A stretch of DNA of 64,000 nucleotides from a virus (IMGVR_UViG_3300031867_000003:128001-192000), one strand, 5' to 3'; positions 45,048-55,498 are shown, counted from the stretch's first letter. The notes: generated by a model not told the origin, from the letters alone. Numbers and translations are program-made.

Positions 45048-46265
45048 TCATTGCTTAAACTTAACATCATATATACAATCAAGGCCTTCATTCTCATCGA
45101 TAACAAGAACAGTCTGCTCGGGGTAGTTATTTAGTCGCTTACTTATTGCAAACGAATCAGTACCGGACAAACAGCCGGTTTGCACAACTTTAACGTTGCT
45201 CCTGGTCATATAAGCATTGGTGTGTCGATGACCGAGGAGAATTAAATCCCACTTAATTCCTGTCAACTGATTAAGGTTATCAATGACATTATCCGGGGTA
45301 TCTTTGTCGCCATGGACAAATGCCACATTCATACCGCGAACGGCAAACATCGCAATACCTTGTTCAATGTCATTAGTATGGAAAGTAACATTCTTAAAAT
45401 TCTGAAGTTTAGCACTCAAGAACGGAATCACCAAATTATCAAAATTCTCATGATCGAGACTTTCTTTAATGTTTGGAGTAATTCGTGAGTGATTCCCGGG
45501 CGCCACATATACATTTACTTCATTAAATCGGTAACTAAGTGCCGCAATAAAATCTGCAACATAATCCATCACCATAAGAAACTGGTCAATCAAATCTTGA
45601 TTATTCTCGATACGGAGAGTGGAATGAATAATTCCCGATAGCATCTCAGATAGTAGTACGTAGGCGTTCTGACAACCATGAATAAGTTGTATCTCAAATA
45701 TACGGTCAAGGTAATGGTTAAGTCGTCTTTTTAACACATCCTCGTTGTACTCATTCCAAAAATTCTTAATCTCGAGACCGGCATGGACATCGGATAACGG
45801 AATAATCATATCTTTATCAGAAGTAATAGTGCCATGAAAACGAGCATTGTCCTCGTACTCCAGAGCGCGAGAATCCGCAGCATCAGTAATAGAACGAACA
45901 AACTGCTCCATATAGGATTCCTTCCGCGCTTGTTCGCGGAGTAATCGCCTATACTCATTACGCTCATCGCGCACCTTGACACGTTCTTTCTCCAGTTCTC
46001 GGCGAAGTTCGCGCAGCTCCTCGGCGTCCGCCGATTGAGTAGCGTCACCGAAATCCTCGCGGAATTTACGAACCAGTGCATACTTCTTCCTAAAAACTGA
46101 ATCCGTAACATACTCGTCCGGGTTATCATTGAGTTCTTTATTAATACACTCGGCCAACTCGGGCCAAGTCATATCAATAAGTCCTTCATATTTTTTATCC
46201 CCCAGTCGGGTAATATACTGGAGTTCTGTTTCTCCGGGTAAACGTTTGGTAATTTGTTCAATCAT
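45048..46265 (-). CDS. Calcineurin-like metallophosphoesterase (YonJ-like)
   Basis: LSDVHAG, PGNHSR, FVHGD, LGHRH motifs. Confidence 0.88.
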   Translation of the reverse strand: MIEQITKRLPGETELQYITRLGDKKYEGLIDMTWPELAECINKELNDNPDEYVTDSVFRKKYALVRKFREDFGDATQSADAEELRELRRELEKERVKVRDERNEYRRLLREQARKESYMEQFVRSITDAADSRALEYEDNARFHGTITSDKDMIIPLSDVHAGLEIKNFWNEYNEDVLKRRLNHYLDRIFEIQLIHGCQNAYVLLSEMLSGIIHSTLRIENNQDLIDQFLMVMDYVADFIAALSYRFNEVNVYVAPGNHSRITPNIKESLDHENFDNLVIPFLSAKLQNFKNVTFHTNDIEQGIAMFAVRGMNVAFVHGDKDTPDNVIDNLNQLTGIKWDLILLGHRHTNAYMTRSNVKVVQTGCLSGTDSFAISKRLNNYPEQTVLVIDENEGLDCIYDVKFKQ

Positions 46266-46282
46266 TAATTACCTCCCGATAA

Positions 46283-46504
46283 TCATTCCTCATCTTCAAA
46301 GGAATCCGTCAAATCCATCTCGTCCTTAGTAGAAATACTCACATCAATAGCCTCGCCACGGAACGGCTTAAAACAATCTAGAATAGAAATTGTCTTAGAT
46401 TCAGCGTCACCATTAATATACTCAAGAGTGGTACCATCTGCGGAAAGAGTACCTTTAATATTGAACTTAGAATTGACAAGTTTCTTGTATTTATAATTCT
46501 GCAT
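46283..46504 (-). CDS. YonK-like small protein
   Basis: Size, acidic tail and position immediately upstream of the phosphoesterase. Confidence 0.6.
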   Translation of the reverse strand: MQNYKYKKLVNSKFNIKGTLSADGTTLEYINGDAESKTISILDCFKPFRGEAIDVSISTKDEMDLTDSFEDEE

Positions 46505-46531
46505 AATTTATTTCTCCTTTTAATCCATCAA

Positions 46532-46834
46532 TTATTTCTTCACAGATACGCCGGAAGTTTTCGCAGCGTAATCCTTCGCACTTCTAATAGAAGCAAGCAG
46601 TATATCCATTGCCTGAGTCGGCTTAAACCCGGCCTTGGTCAACGCATCATATTTCTTCTTATAATTAGTGGCTTCAACCGCATAGTATTCATCGTTGCCG
46701 ACCAAGTCTTTATACATACCAAAGAGTTCTCCGGCAGCGGAATAAATAATCGGTTTTGCCGCTTTGATAACCCCGGTAACCACGGAGTTAATTTCATCCG
46801 GGTTGGTCATCAATGCTTGTAATAATTCTTCCAT
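46532..46834 (-). CDS. Hypothetical protein (100 aa)
   Basis: AAGGA RBS; open ORF. Confidence 0.7.
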   Translation of the reverse strand: MEELLQALMTNPDEINSVVTGVIKAAKPIIYSAAGELFGMYKDLVGNDEYYAVEATNYKKKYDALTKAGFKPTQAMDILLASIRSAKDYAAKTSGVSVKK

Positions 46835-46906
46835 AATCCTTGTATCTCCTTAAAAAAATACTGCGGAAATCCCCACCCCTGAAATCTCCGCAGTTATATC
46901 AATATA

Positions 46907-47521
46907 TTAAGCAAGTACCTCATCAATTGTAATATCTTCACCAATTATCTTGTCAACGACGCCAAGTTCTTTAGCACGATCTGCGTACATATAAAGCTCA
47001 ACGTCATAATGTTCATCATAAAATTGCTCGTCCATGTTAGTACGGTTAAGAACAAATTGTTTTGCTCGGTCTTCTGCGGAGGAGAAAAAGCTCATTACTT
47101 CCTTCGCTTTTTTTGTACTGTTTGCAATACTTATGGAACCATCGTGCTGCAAAAAGATACTATTAGAGAAGGCCACGCGCTCATGACAAGCCAAGAATAT
47201 ATGATAGCAAGCAGACGCAACCAAAGATAACCCAATGCCGATAACCGGCGTCTTACTCTGGAGAATAACATCCGCAACATTCTGTGAGACGAACGTATCC
47301 CCACCGACACTACTAAAGAATATTTTGATCGGTTTACGCTTATCTACCGGGATATCAACGTCATCCATATTCCATTTGAGAATATACATCACAACGTTTT
47401 CTACCATGTTATCATCAACTTCTTCATTAAAAACGAGAATTCTTTTATTTAAGAACTCTCGATATAATTCATCATATGTGTCCGACTGAGAGCCGGAAAT
47501 CGGCAGTATTAAATCATTCAT
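46907..47521 (-). CDS. clpP: ClpP-like protease
   Basis: KPIKIFFSSVGGD, LVASAC (catalytic Ser), FLQHDG (His), AKELGVVDKI. Confidence 0.85.
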   Translation of the reverse strand: MNDLILPISGSQSDTYDELYREFLNKRILVFNEEVDDNMVENVVMYILKWNMDDVDIPVDKRKPIKIFFSSVGGDTFVSQNVADVILQSKTPVIGIGLSLVASACYHIFLACHERVAFSNSIFLQHDGSISIANSTKKAKEVMSFFSSAEDRAKQFVLNRTNMDEQFYDEHYDVELYMYADRAKELGVVDKIIGEDITIDEVLA

Positions 47522-47545
47522 ATATAATCCCCCGTTAGTTATTAA

Positions 47546-47845
47546 TCATTCCTCACTCATTGCCTTGAGACGAGCCTCGACCTCACGGCGAACACGCTCT
47601 TCAAAATCGGCCTCACGGTCCTGGCGACGACGCTTCATAATTTCATCAAGGTCTTTTTCCAGTTCGGGGGTTTTCTCAAAAACAAAAACTGACCGTTTGT
47701 GGTCAGCATCATTTCTGTCAGCCTTAAGATGGGTAATTCTATGCCCCTTATCAAGAAGTTCATTAGCTATTGCAGCTTTTCTTATTATTTTACCTTCAAC
47801 TGTTTCATCATTCGTATTTTGATTAATTGTATTAATTGTTAACAT
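47546..47845 (-). CDS. Hypothetical protein (DUF5659-like)
   Basis: IANELLDKGHRITHLKADR...SVFVFEKT; similar to 49238..49408. Confidence 0.65.
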   Translation of the reverse strand: MLTINTINQNTNDETVEGKIIRKAAIANELLDKGHRITHLKADRNDADHKRSVFVFEKTPELEKDLDEIMKRRRQDREADFEERVRREVEARLKAMSEE

Positions 47846-49203
47846 TATTCCTTATTCTCCTTTTTAATTTCTTCATATGAAAAAAATGTGTTATGGTGTG
47901 TTTTTTGACGCCCGAGACAAACGTCACTCACAGCTTTATGATTATACTTACCGTTTGTCTTTCTTTCCACATCAATACAAGAGTCATAAACACCGATTAA
48001 ATTATAATCCAAATCATAAGCATAAACTTTACGTCTATTTTTTACGGACGGATTATTATTATAAACATTTCGCTTTCTTTCAGCTATAAAATCATAATCA
48101 ATTTCCCCATTTTCATATGCATCTTGCAAAAAAATTTTTACCCTTCTCTTACTTCTGTGAAGAGCTTTTGCAATTTCAACATAATCAGATTCTGGATTAT
48201 TACTTTTGTAATCCATTATTTCCTTCAATATCTTATCCTTTTCCGTTATATAAATAGACTGCGCAAATTTACGATATTTATCTTTATCCGTTTTTAATAA
48301 TCCAAGCTTATCCGCTTTAAGGATATAGTCACGAAATGTATGAAATCCAATATTTAACAATTTAGCCCCATCTTCTTGAGATATACCGCCATCAAATAGT
48401 TTAATGGCTTCTAAAAAATTAGATTTATTCGCAGCTATTTCGCATTCAGTCCAGTTAACATCAGAATCGCTAAAGTTTAATATCTATGGGAGAGAAGACT
48501 CTAATACAGATTTTTTAATATATTCTAAGTCGGAAAACGCACAGTCTAACTCTACATAATTTTCAATGCCATTTAAAATGGCTTTCTCTCTTTTTTCTTT
48601 ATCGTTTTCTTTTTGCTCTTCCAAAGACCTCATATAATTAACTTGTTCAAAATGTTGTCTCCCGTGATTTTCTATTATTAAATTATAATCTGGAATATAT
48701 TGATCATAACGTTTTGTTGGGCTCCATTCAAAAATATGTTCTGGTCTAAATTCGACATTTAATTGTGTTAACATATTCCTAATAAATTTATTAGGATAAC
48801 TTATCCCATCGGAACATATAGGGCATGAAAAACCATAAGTATGTAATTCCGAAACGACAATTTCTTTCACATGTCCGCAATTAGGGCATTTTACTTTGAT
48901 TCTTTTATTTGACTTAGGTCTTACGTTGTCTCCATCCTTAGGGTTTAATAAATATTTGGTTAAATCCGGTCTTAAAGTATTTAAATCATTGCAACCCGGA
49001 AGTACCTTCCTGCCAGAACAAACTGGACATCCATTTTTTAATCTGAGAAGTTGATCCGGTTTTCTTAAAAATTCAAAACCATCATTTAAACATCTTACTT
49101 TAATAGGCACCTTTGAATTTACATACTCCGATAACACCTAAATATTTGGATGTTTCTTTTTTAATCGTTCCACAAATTCTTCATGAGTTAATAATTTTCC
49201 CAT
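47845..49203 (-). CDS. Zinc-ribbon/Vsr-like endonuclease with NUMOD1-like tail (452 aa, 2 TAG)
   Basis: Fragments 48484..49137 and 47845..48360 are in frame; GCPVCSG, KRYDQY..LIIENHGRQH; related to 32605..34173. Confidence 0.8.
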
Positions 49204-49237
49204 CTCATCAGTCCTTTCTTTATAGTACTTTCATTAT

Positions 49238-49408
49238 TCATTTATTATGAGATAACTCCTTCAAATCATTAATAAACTTTTCAGTCACCTCAAAATAAAA
49301 AATAGTTGCACCTCTCCGATTTTTATCAGGTTGAAGGTCAACTATTTTATTACCCTTTCTAACTAATTGTTTCGCAGTATATCCATTAAATATTGGTTTT
49401 GTTTCCAT
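49238..49408 (-). CDS. Small DUF5659-like protein (56 aa)
   Basis: AAAGGA RBS; AKQLVRKGNKIVDLQPDKN..TIFYFEVT. Confidence 0.6.
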   Translation of the reverse strand: METKPIFNGYTAKQLVRKGNKIVDLQPDKNRRGATIFYFEVTEKFINDLKELSHNK

Positions 49409-49424
49409 ATATTCAAATCCTTTA

Positions 49425-50630
49425 TTATTCAAATAACTTAGCAAACAATTTACTTGTTTCACTTCGAACATCTTCCTCTAAATAAATACAAGCAAATTTA
49501 GGATTGCCTCGTAATTCCAAACTCATTTTATTAAGCGCATTATTCTTTGTCGGATTAATGACACTTTGTTTATAGTCACCATTGTAAAAAACCCGAGAAT
49601 TTTCGCCGACACGAGTACCGATTAATCGTATCTGCTTTTCTGTTAAATCCTCGGCTTCATCTACAACAATTACGCTATTGTTATAAGTGCGACCCTTAAT
49701 AAAATACGGAGTATTAGCTTCGATTACTCCGCGCTGAATTAATGATTCAAGTTCAAATTCTCCTCCGTCTAATTGATCGGCAAAGGGCAGTAAGAAGTCA
49801 TAAATTTTGTCTAGTTTCTCACCTGGTAAATAGCCGACTGCCTCACCCTCCGAAATAACCTCGCGAAGTGCAACTATCTTAGATTGCCATCCCTTTTCTT
49901 GAATAGCATAAGTAGCCATACAAGTACTTAGTCTGGATTTTCCAGAGCCGTAGCCACCTAATATTGAAGCTATAGTAATGCTTGGATTATTCAATATGTC
50001 CAATCCACATCTCTGGAGAGAATTCTTACCTTTGATATATTTTGACGGTGGCAGCTTCAACGGTACAAACATCGAACCGTCAAACCGCATTTCCTTAATT
50101 GAATCGTCATCTGTATTATTAATAATGATATACTCATTCGTATACCATTTAGAATAGTCTAAGTTATTCATATAGTTATTAATATACTCGGTATCCCCGG
50201 TAATCTTAACGTATCCCTTATAAATTTCATCCTGATGTTCAAATTCCTCAACGTCTAAACCAAACACTTGCTCGGCAATTACACGACATCCCACATCAAA
50301 AGTAATAAATTTAATAGGAGTTACATTGGTAGAATACCAAGACGCACACGCACAAATAATATTATCCGGCGTTTCGGGTATATTGTAAGAATTGATTAAT
50401 TCCCTAATGGAATTATTATAGACAATGACCTCATATCGGTCTTTGTGATCGTTTAAGAATCGGATTGCTTTACGAGCCGCCGAACGAACATCATCTGTCT
50501 TGGAACGGCTATTTTTAATTTCTTCGAGCTCAAACAATGTTTTATCAGAAATAACAAACTCAACATCTGAGAAATAATCCGGATTCTCAATCAACACATT
50601 AGTATCTAGGAATAGTTTTGCATCGCCCAT
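49425..50630 (-). CDS. phoH: PIN-domain + PhoH-family ATPase
   Basis: FLDTNVLI (PIN), GGYGSGKS, VGYLPG, IKGRTY, VVDEAEDL, GDYKQ. Confidence 0.9.
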   Translation of the reverse strand: MGDAKLFLDTNVLIENPDYFSDVEFVISDKTLFELEEIKNSRSKTDDVRSAARKAIRFLNDHKDRYEVIVYNNSIRELINSYNIPETPDNIICACASWYSTNVTPIKFITFDVGCRVIAEQVFGLDVEEFEHQDEIYKGYVKITGDTEYINNYMNNLDYSKWYTNEYIIINNTDDDSIKEMRFDGSMFVPLKLPPSKYIKGKNSLQRCGLDILNNPSITIASILGGYGSGKSRLSTCMATYAIQEKGWQSKIVALREVISEGEAVGYLPGEKLDKIYDFLLPFADQLDGGEFELESLIQRGVIEANTPYFIKGRTYNNSVIVVDEAEDLTEKQIRLIGTRVGENSRVFYNGDYKQSVINPTKNNALNKMSLELRGNPKFACIYLEEDVRSETSKLFAKLFE

Positions 50631-50660
50631 ACTATAAGCCCCCTTGCGGTAATATAATTA

Positions 50661-50846
50661 TTATCTGGTAAATGTAGTTACATTCTTGGAATTCCTATAT
50701 TCCTCAAGTAACCGTATAGACTTTGGCGATGTAGTTAAGTAATAAACCTTAGCCCGACTTTTATGAGTCGCACTGCTCATATGGATATCTTGACCACGAT
50801 TTTTACTTCTTAAAAATTTTGCCTCATCAGCAGAAATTTTAATCAA
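50661..50846 (-). CDS. Small hypothetical protein (61 aa)
   Basis: TTG start with AAGGATGTG RBS. Confidence 0.6.
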   Translation of the reverse strand: MIKISADEAKFLRSKNRGQDIHMSSATHKSRAKVYYLTTSPKSIRLLEEYRNSKNVTTFTR

Positions 50847-50937
50847 ATATTTTCACATCCTTATAATATATTTTTGATTTTACAAAAAAAATAAAGGGAG
50901 CGCAACAACACTCCCTTTAATAAATAATCAAATAAAA

Positions 50938-51213
50938 TTATGCGTTAACAGCTTCCTTTACGCTTGCACCAAATTTTACCTTCGGCGCTTCTTTAGCCGG
51001 AATAGCAAGAGGTTCGCCATTCTGCGGATTGCGTCCGGTATAAGCGTCTTTGTGAACCGTGTAGAACTTCATCCCCGTAAACGGAGTAACACCGTCCTCG
51101 GTCTTCATAGCTTCTACAATGGCCTCACCGACACCGACAAGGACTTCTTTCATATCCTTCTGAGAAAGATTACACTTTGCTGCACACAGTTTTACAAAAT
51201 CAAGTTTCTTCAT
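50938..51213 (-). CDS. hup: HU-like DNA-binding protein (YonN-like)
   Basis: GRNPQNGEPLAIPAKEAPKVKFGASVKEAV; AAGGAG RBS before ATG 51213. Confidence 0.92.
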   Translation of the reverse strand: MKKLDFVKLCAAKCNLSQKDMKEVLVGVGEAIVEAMKTEDGVTPFTGMKFYTVHKDAYTGRNPQNGEPLAIPAKEAPKVKFGASVKEAVNA

Positions 51214-51377
51214 AATATAGTTCTCCTTTTTTTTCCTTAATATAATTGTATAATTGAATTTACGCCATTCTCGGCAATATAGCGTAAATGTAGTAAACAT
51301 AAGGGTTTGCGATCCCTCATAAATGCTTGAATGGGGAAATTGCAAAATTTCACGTATTTACTGGAATTTTAAGCATT

Positions 51378-54044
51378 TCACTTTTTCTTATGTGACCCCA
51401 CATCAGGCGGTAATTCCCTTAAAAAACAAGACAAAAATAGCTTTGGATTAACTTCATACAATACCTTCAGAAGTATCGATCTGTTCTTATCCGTTTTTCT
51501 CGATAGCTTGGCAGAGTTATTTTTAACCGCCGTCGAAAGAAGGAATGCCCGGTTAATCAGATAACATACCAAATCTCTGTAATTAGTAGATAGGCGAATT
51601 TGCCTAATATCATTTATTAACTCATCAAAGTCACTTCTAATAAGAAGAAACTCCTTGTCATATTCCCCAGTATATATATATTCTTCTCTAATACTCGCAT
51701 AGTATCTAATAGAGTACCTCTCAATCCACTCCTCGACCTTGCGACTTTGTTTTCTATCACCTTTGTATTTGATATGTTCCATAAAATCCCATAAGCCGAC
51801 TGCATCTTGCCGGTAACTCATCTTGTTCAATTTTAAGTCCGCCAAATAATTCATAGGGCAGTGAAGATCGGGATTGATTTTTTCCTTATTAAAATTTTTC
51901 TTAATGTTAAGCCAAAACTTCGGATAACCATTGGTATCTATGTCCATATCTTTCTGAATACGGGCGATCTCATCCGAAATAGAAATATCAAATTGGCGCT
52001 TCGCAGAATCAATAGCCGCTTGGGCTATAACGCTAAGGATTGCCACATAGTCATCATATTTTCTATCATGGAACGTATAGGAATAAGTCTGGGCAAGCTG
52101 GGCAAGGTTTGATGACAATCCTATGTCAAGCTGCGATTTTGCCAGGGCATTATCAATCGCCGCATAATCGTCCATAGTATTGTTGTATTTATTAGTGTCT
52201 TTAGGGATATTGTTAACAATAGTGGGATAACTTCTGTAACAATACTCTGCGTGACGAACAATATCCGGTTGATTGGTTACATACATTGAGTCGCTGTCCT
52301 GATCGCTCCCATTGTTACGATCTTGACAATCTGTACCAATCATATTAATAGCAATAATCTGATCACTAAACTTGAAGTATTTTTTCATCCTATCATCATA
52401 ATGATTATGTAAATATGACATATTGAATTTCCCGTTGAACGGACTGCGAAATCCCGCCAGATATTCACCGTCATCAAATCGACTGGTATAACATTGAATG
52501 GTACCTTGTTCTTTAAGCAACGTAGTATCAAGGTCAACATCATCCGGATTTCCGGTAGCACCATATAATAGCATTGCATATGGAGAACCGACAATAACCA
52601 AGTTGTCAGCATTCTGAATTAGTTTGCCACTTTTGGCATTGTTTGCATATTCACGTATGATTCGACTTTTCCGCTCCCTAAAATATGAACATCTTACAAA
52701 CTCCGGATTCCATTCACACAACGCCAACAATACGTTATAATCATTAGCGAAGTTAATGTTATGGCGGAGATAATCGAAAAATACTTCATTATCATTTTTT
52801 AGCTGTTGAATATAATTAACTGTCTCCGCGCATACGGCTTTCATGGTTGCTTCGTCCAATGAGTTCGTCATTTGATACGACATTCGCTGCACCTTACCCA
52901 ATTTACTGGGATGAGAATACTTCACCACGCCAAATTTGCAGCCGTTAGACTCCACCCATCGACACCAATAATCATATGAAAGGTCAAACTTAATCCACTT
53001 GACAGCATTATTAGTAGTTATTAATTCTATATCTTTAACATAATGGTCATTACCCCAGATATCCTTGACGGTATACGTAGAATAATCCTCGCCGTGTTTC
53101 TCACACCAATCTCGGAAAAATTGCTTTATATTTGCATGAAACGCTGCCATTTTGGTAAAATGATGTCTCAACAATACATATCCATTCGCCCACTCCGGAA
53201 ACACTGAATCATCAATTAACGCCTGACCGTCAAACAATTCGTTACTTAGTTCGTACTCATCTAGCCATTTTGCATAACAATGCCGACGACTATCAGTTTC
53301 TATAGTGACAACATCTCGCGTAAAATACCGCTTTACATCATTAAGAACCAGTATATTTCTCGGATTGATAGTTGCGTAACCGACAATCCCACTGGCAACC
53401 AACGGAGCATAAGCAGATATCTCTACAATTGGGGCATTGGTACTCGGCAATTTAATTCCCATGTAGAGAAAGTTTCGTGCTTTATCAAACAACTCATCAC
53501 GAATAAACATACAACTACCTTTTTTAGCTTTGCCCGTGGAGCGGAAGAGCATTTTGTAGTGAATAGTTTCTTCCTTATATATAGTACCGTCTTTTTTTCG
53601 CGATACATACTTTACGTCAACACCATTGTTATAATAGTCACTACGAACCTTATCTTTTAGTCGCCGAGTATATTGATCCTTATTCTCATAGGTAGCTTCG
53701 AATAATTGATTGAGTTTGGCGATTTTATTCTTAGCCTTAGCAATCAAATATTGGTCATCTTTGGCTACGGCGCTTCGGTATTCATTGCGAGCACCCTTCA
53801 GTGTTTTATATAAGTGATCGATTTCATCCCGGTAAGATCTGGTTTTAAAGTTAAACTCCAAACCAATCACATCCCGTGTCGCTCCGCTATTACTAACATA
53901 TAGCCCGTTCTCCATTAAAAAGTCGAGGAACAAGCTATTTACCAACATTGCCCGTTTGTATTCAAAATGATCACGTAATCCTAAATTGTACTCGTAATTT
54001 GTACTAGCTTCTATATTTTTAATTTCAACTCCGTACTCGCTGAT
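51378..54044 (-). CDS. YonO-like single-subunit (two-barrel) DNA-dependent RNA polymerase; start probably ATC 54044 (first ATG 53948)
   Basis: Catalytic DxDxD (NGSDQDSD), FRSP, FDGQALID, AQAAIDSAKR; adjacent to HU as in SPbeta; no in-frame TAG. Confidence 0.85.
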   Translation of the reverse strand: MSEYGVEIKNIEASTNYEYNLGLRDHFEYKRAMLVNSLFLDFLMENGLYVSNSGATRDVIGLEFNFKTRSYRDEIDHLYKTLKGARNEYRSAVAKDDQYLIAKAKNKIAKLNQLFEATYENKDQYTRRLKDKVRSDYYNNGVDVKYVSRKKDGTIYKEETIHYKMLFRSTGKAKKGSCMFIRDELFDKARNFLYMGIKLPSTNAPIVEISAYAPLVASGIVGYATINPRNILVLNDVKRYFTRDVVTIETDSRRHCYAKWLDEYELSNELFDGQALIDDSVFPEWANGYVLLRHHFTKMAAFHANIKQFFRDWCEKHGEDYSTYTVKDIWGNDHYVKDIELITTNNAVKWIKFDLSYDYWCRWVESNGCKFGVVKYSHPSKLGKVQRMSYQMTNSLDEATMKAVCAETVNYIQQLKNDNEVFFDYLRHNINFANDYNVLLALCEWNPEFVRCSYFRERKSRIIREYANNAKSGKLIQNADNLVIVGSPYAMLLYGATGNPDDVDLDTTLLKEQGTIQCYTSRFDDGEYLAGFRSPFNGKFNMSYLHNHYDDRMKKYFKFSDQIIAINMIGTDCQDRNNGSDQDSDSMYVTNQPDIVRHAEYCYRSYPTIVNNIPKDTNKYNNTMDDYAAIDNALAKSQLDIGLSSNLAQLAQTYSYTFHDRKYDDYVAILSVIAQAAIDSAKRQFDISISDEIARIQKDMDIDTNGYPKFWLNIKKNFNKEKINPDLHCPMNYLADLKLNKMSYRQDAVGLWDFMEHIKYKGDRKQSRKVEEWIERYSIRYYASIREEYIYTGEYDKEFLLIRSDFDELINDIRQIRLSTNYRDLVCYLINRAFLLSTAVKNNSAKLSRKTDKNRSILLKVLYEVNPKLFLSCFLRELPPDVGSHKKK

Positions 54045-54377
54045 TTATACCGCCCCCTCAGTGGATAAACCAAATAAATAATCATACAGTTCTTCCGGCG
54101 ATTTCATAGAACGCTTAACACCATGCGGATCGGTATATTCCTGATTGGTTTTACCGCGCCCATAGTTTTTCTCCAGACAAAATGTGGTCACCGCATTAAA
54201 ATCGGCATCTTCCGGAATGAGTAGCTTAAGCAATCTTAACATTGCGTCGTTATTATCCGGTTCAATTAAATAACCGTCCACATTATGTTTTTTGTATAAA
54301 CTGTTTTTTGCATTTTGATAATCATCAATACGGGCCATTGACTCAATCGCCGTTACAAAATCTGATTTAGTTATCAA
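54045..54377 (-). CDS. Hypothetical protein, paralog of 54367..54720
   Basis: Shared N-terminal pattern and ELYDYL/ALYDYL tail. Confidence 0.7.
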   Translation of the reverse strand: MITKSDFVTAIESMARIDDYQNAKNSLYKKHNVDGYLIEPDNNDAMLRLLKLLIPEDADFNAVTTFCLEKNYGRGKTNQEYTDPHGVKRSMKSPEELYDYLFGLSTEGAV

Positions 54378-54720
54378 TAGTATTTCTCCCCTTATTTTTA
54401 TCCATCATCATTATCAAGTAATCATACAAAGCCCCCGCGGTGTTGAGCGGGTACTCTTCTCCGTCAACAACGTTTTTAAATTCGCCGCCATAATACTTGC
54501 CGAAATCCAACTCAAAACAAAACCAACTTATGACTTCCAGCTTATCATCAAACATTGCCTCAAGAACATCAGCCAATTTAAACACACAATTTTGCGGACA
54601 CCAATCAACATAATACCCATCGGAAAATTCCCGTCCGGCTTCATTGATAGCATCATCAAAGCGGATTGTTTGTTCCATAGCAGATATGGTCGCAAGAAAA
54701 GCTTCCTTATTTAATAGCAT
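54367..54720 (-). CDS. Hypothetical protein (117 aa)
   Basis: ISWFCFELDFGK...ALYDYL. Confidence 0.7.
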   Translation of the reverse strand: MLLNKEAFLATISAMEQTIRFDDAINEAGREFSDGYYVDWCPQNCVFKLADVLEAMFDDKLEVISWFCFELDFGKYYGGEFKNVVDGEEYPLNTAGALYDYLIMMMDKNKGRNTIDN

Positions 54721-54733
54721 GGATAATTCCCCC

Positions 54734-55498
54734 TTACTGCTTATACTTCTGAATTATATGACGGACACAACCTCTTACCAAATCCGCACCGGAAATTTGC
54801 GGAGACGGTTGTGATGGTACTTCGCCAGACATATTTTCATACACGTTGGTGACCACCTTTTTCATTTCGACGTCAGTGAAATTCCCCTTGAGCTTATTAC
54901 ACGTCGGATGAACGGCACGGAGATTGTCTATATTATTTGTACCGCCGCGAGACAGCGGTATTATATGGTCGATAGAGTATGAAAATCGACTCAACGGTTT
55001 TCCGCAAATCTCACATGTATTGTTGGACCTACGGTACACTTCTTCTCTGATAGCTTTGGGAATAAGTACTCGTTCCGATGAATTCATCCCGGAGAATTTA
55101 TCAGGGTCAGAAACGGGATTTTTAACCGTAGTGACTTTTCCCATCTGTTTTGCGTGGCGAAATTTATCATCAATAACCACTCGTAAGTCTCGGTCAATAT
55201 AATCAAGCACCGACTCCATGTGAGAATATGCTTCTTCCGGTGTGGAAAATACTCTGGCTTTCTTGATATCATTAACGGTAGTATCATCATTACTCAAAAA
55301 TTTCATTCTGGTAGTAACGACATAATCATTGCCCTTGGATGAGGTTCTGGTTCTATACCACATGTAAGAATCCGGCGAACGATTAACAGCCTTCTGGGCA
55401 TCTACCAATTTCATATGGGTCGCCCCGGACGGGGTAGGGGCAAATTGCCCGATACCTCGCAAGAATTGAATGTTATTAGCTATATAGTATTTATTCAT
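54734..55498 (-). CDS. HNH endonuclease domain protein
   Basis: CEICG..SIDHIIPLSRGGTNNIDNLRAVHPTCNKLKG. Confidence 0.88.
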   Translation of the reverse strand: MNKYYIANNIQFLRGIGQFAPTPSGATHMKLVDAQKAVNRSPDSYMWYRTRTSSKGNDYVVTTRMKFLSNDDTTVNDIKKARVFSTPEEAYSHMESVLDYIDRDLRVVIDDKFRHAKQMGKVTTVKNPVSDPDKFSGMNSSERVLIPKAIREEVYRRSNNTCEICGKPLSRFSYSIDHIIPLSRGGTNNIDNLRAVHPTCNKLKGNFTDVEMKKVVTNVYENMSGEVPSQPSPQISGADLVRGCVRHIIQKYKQ

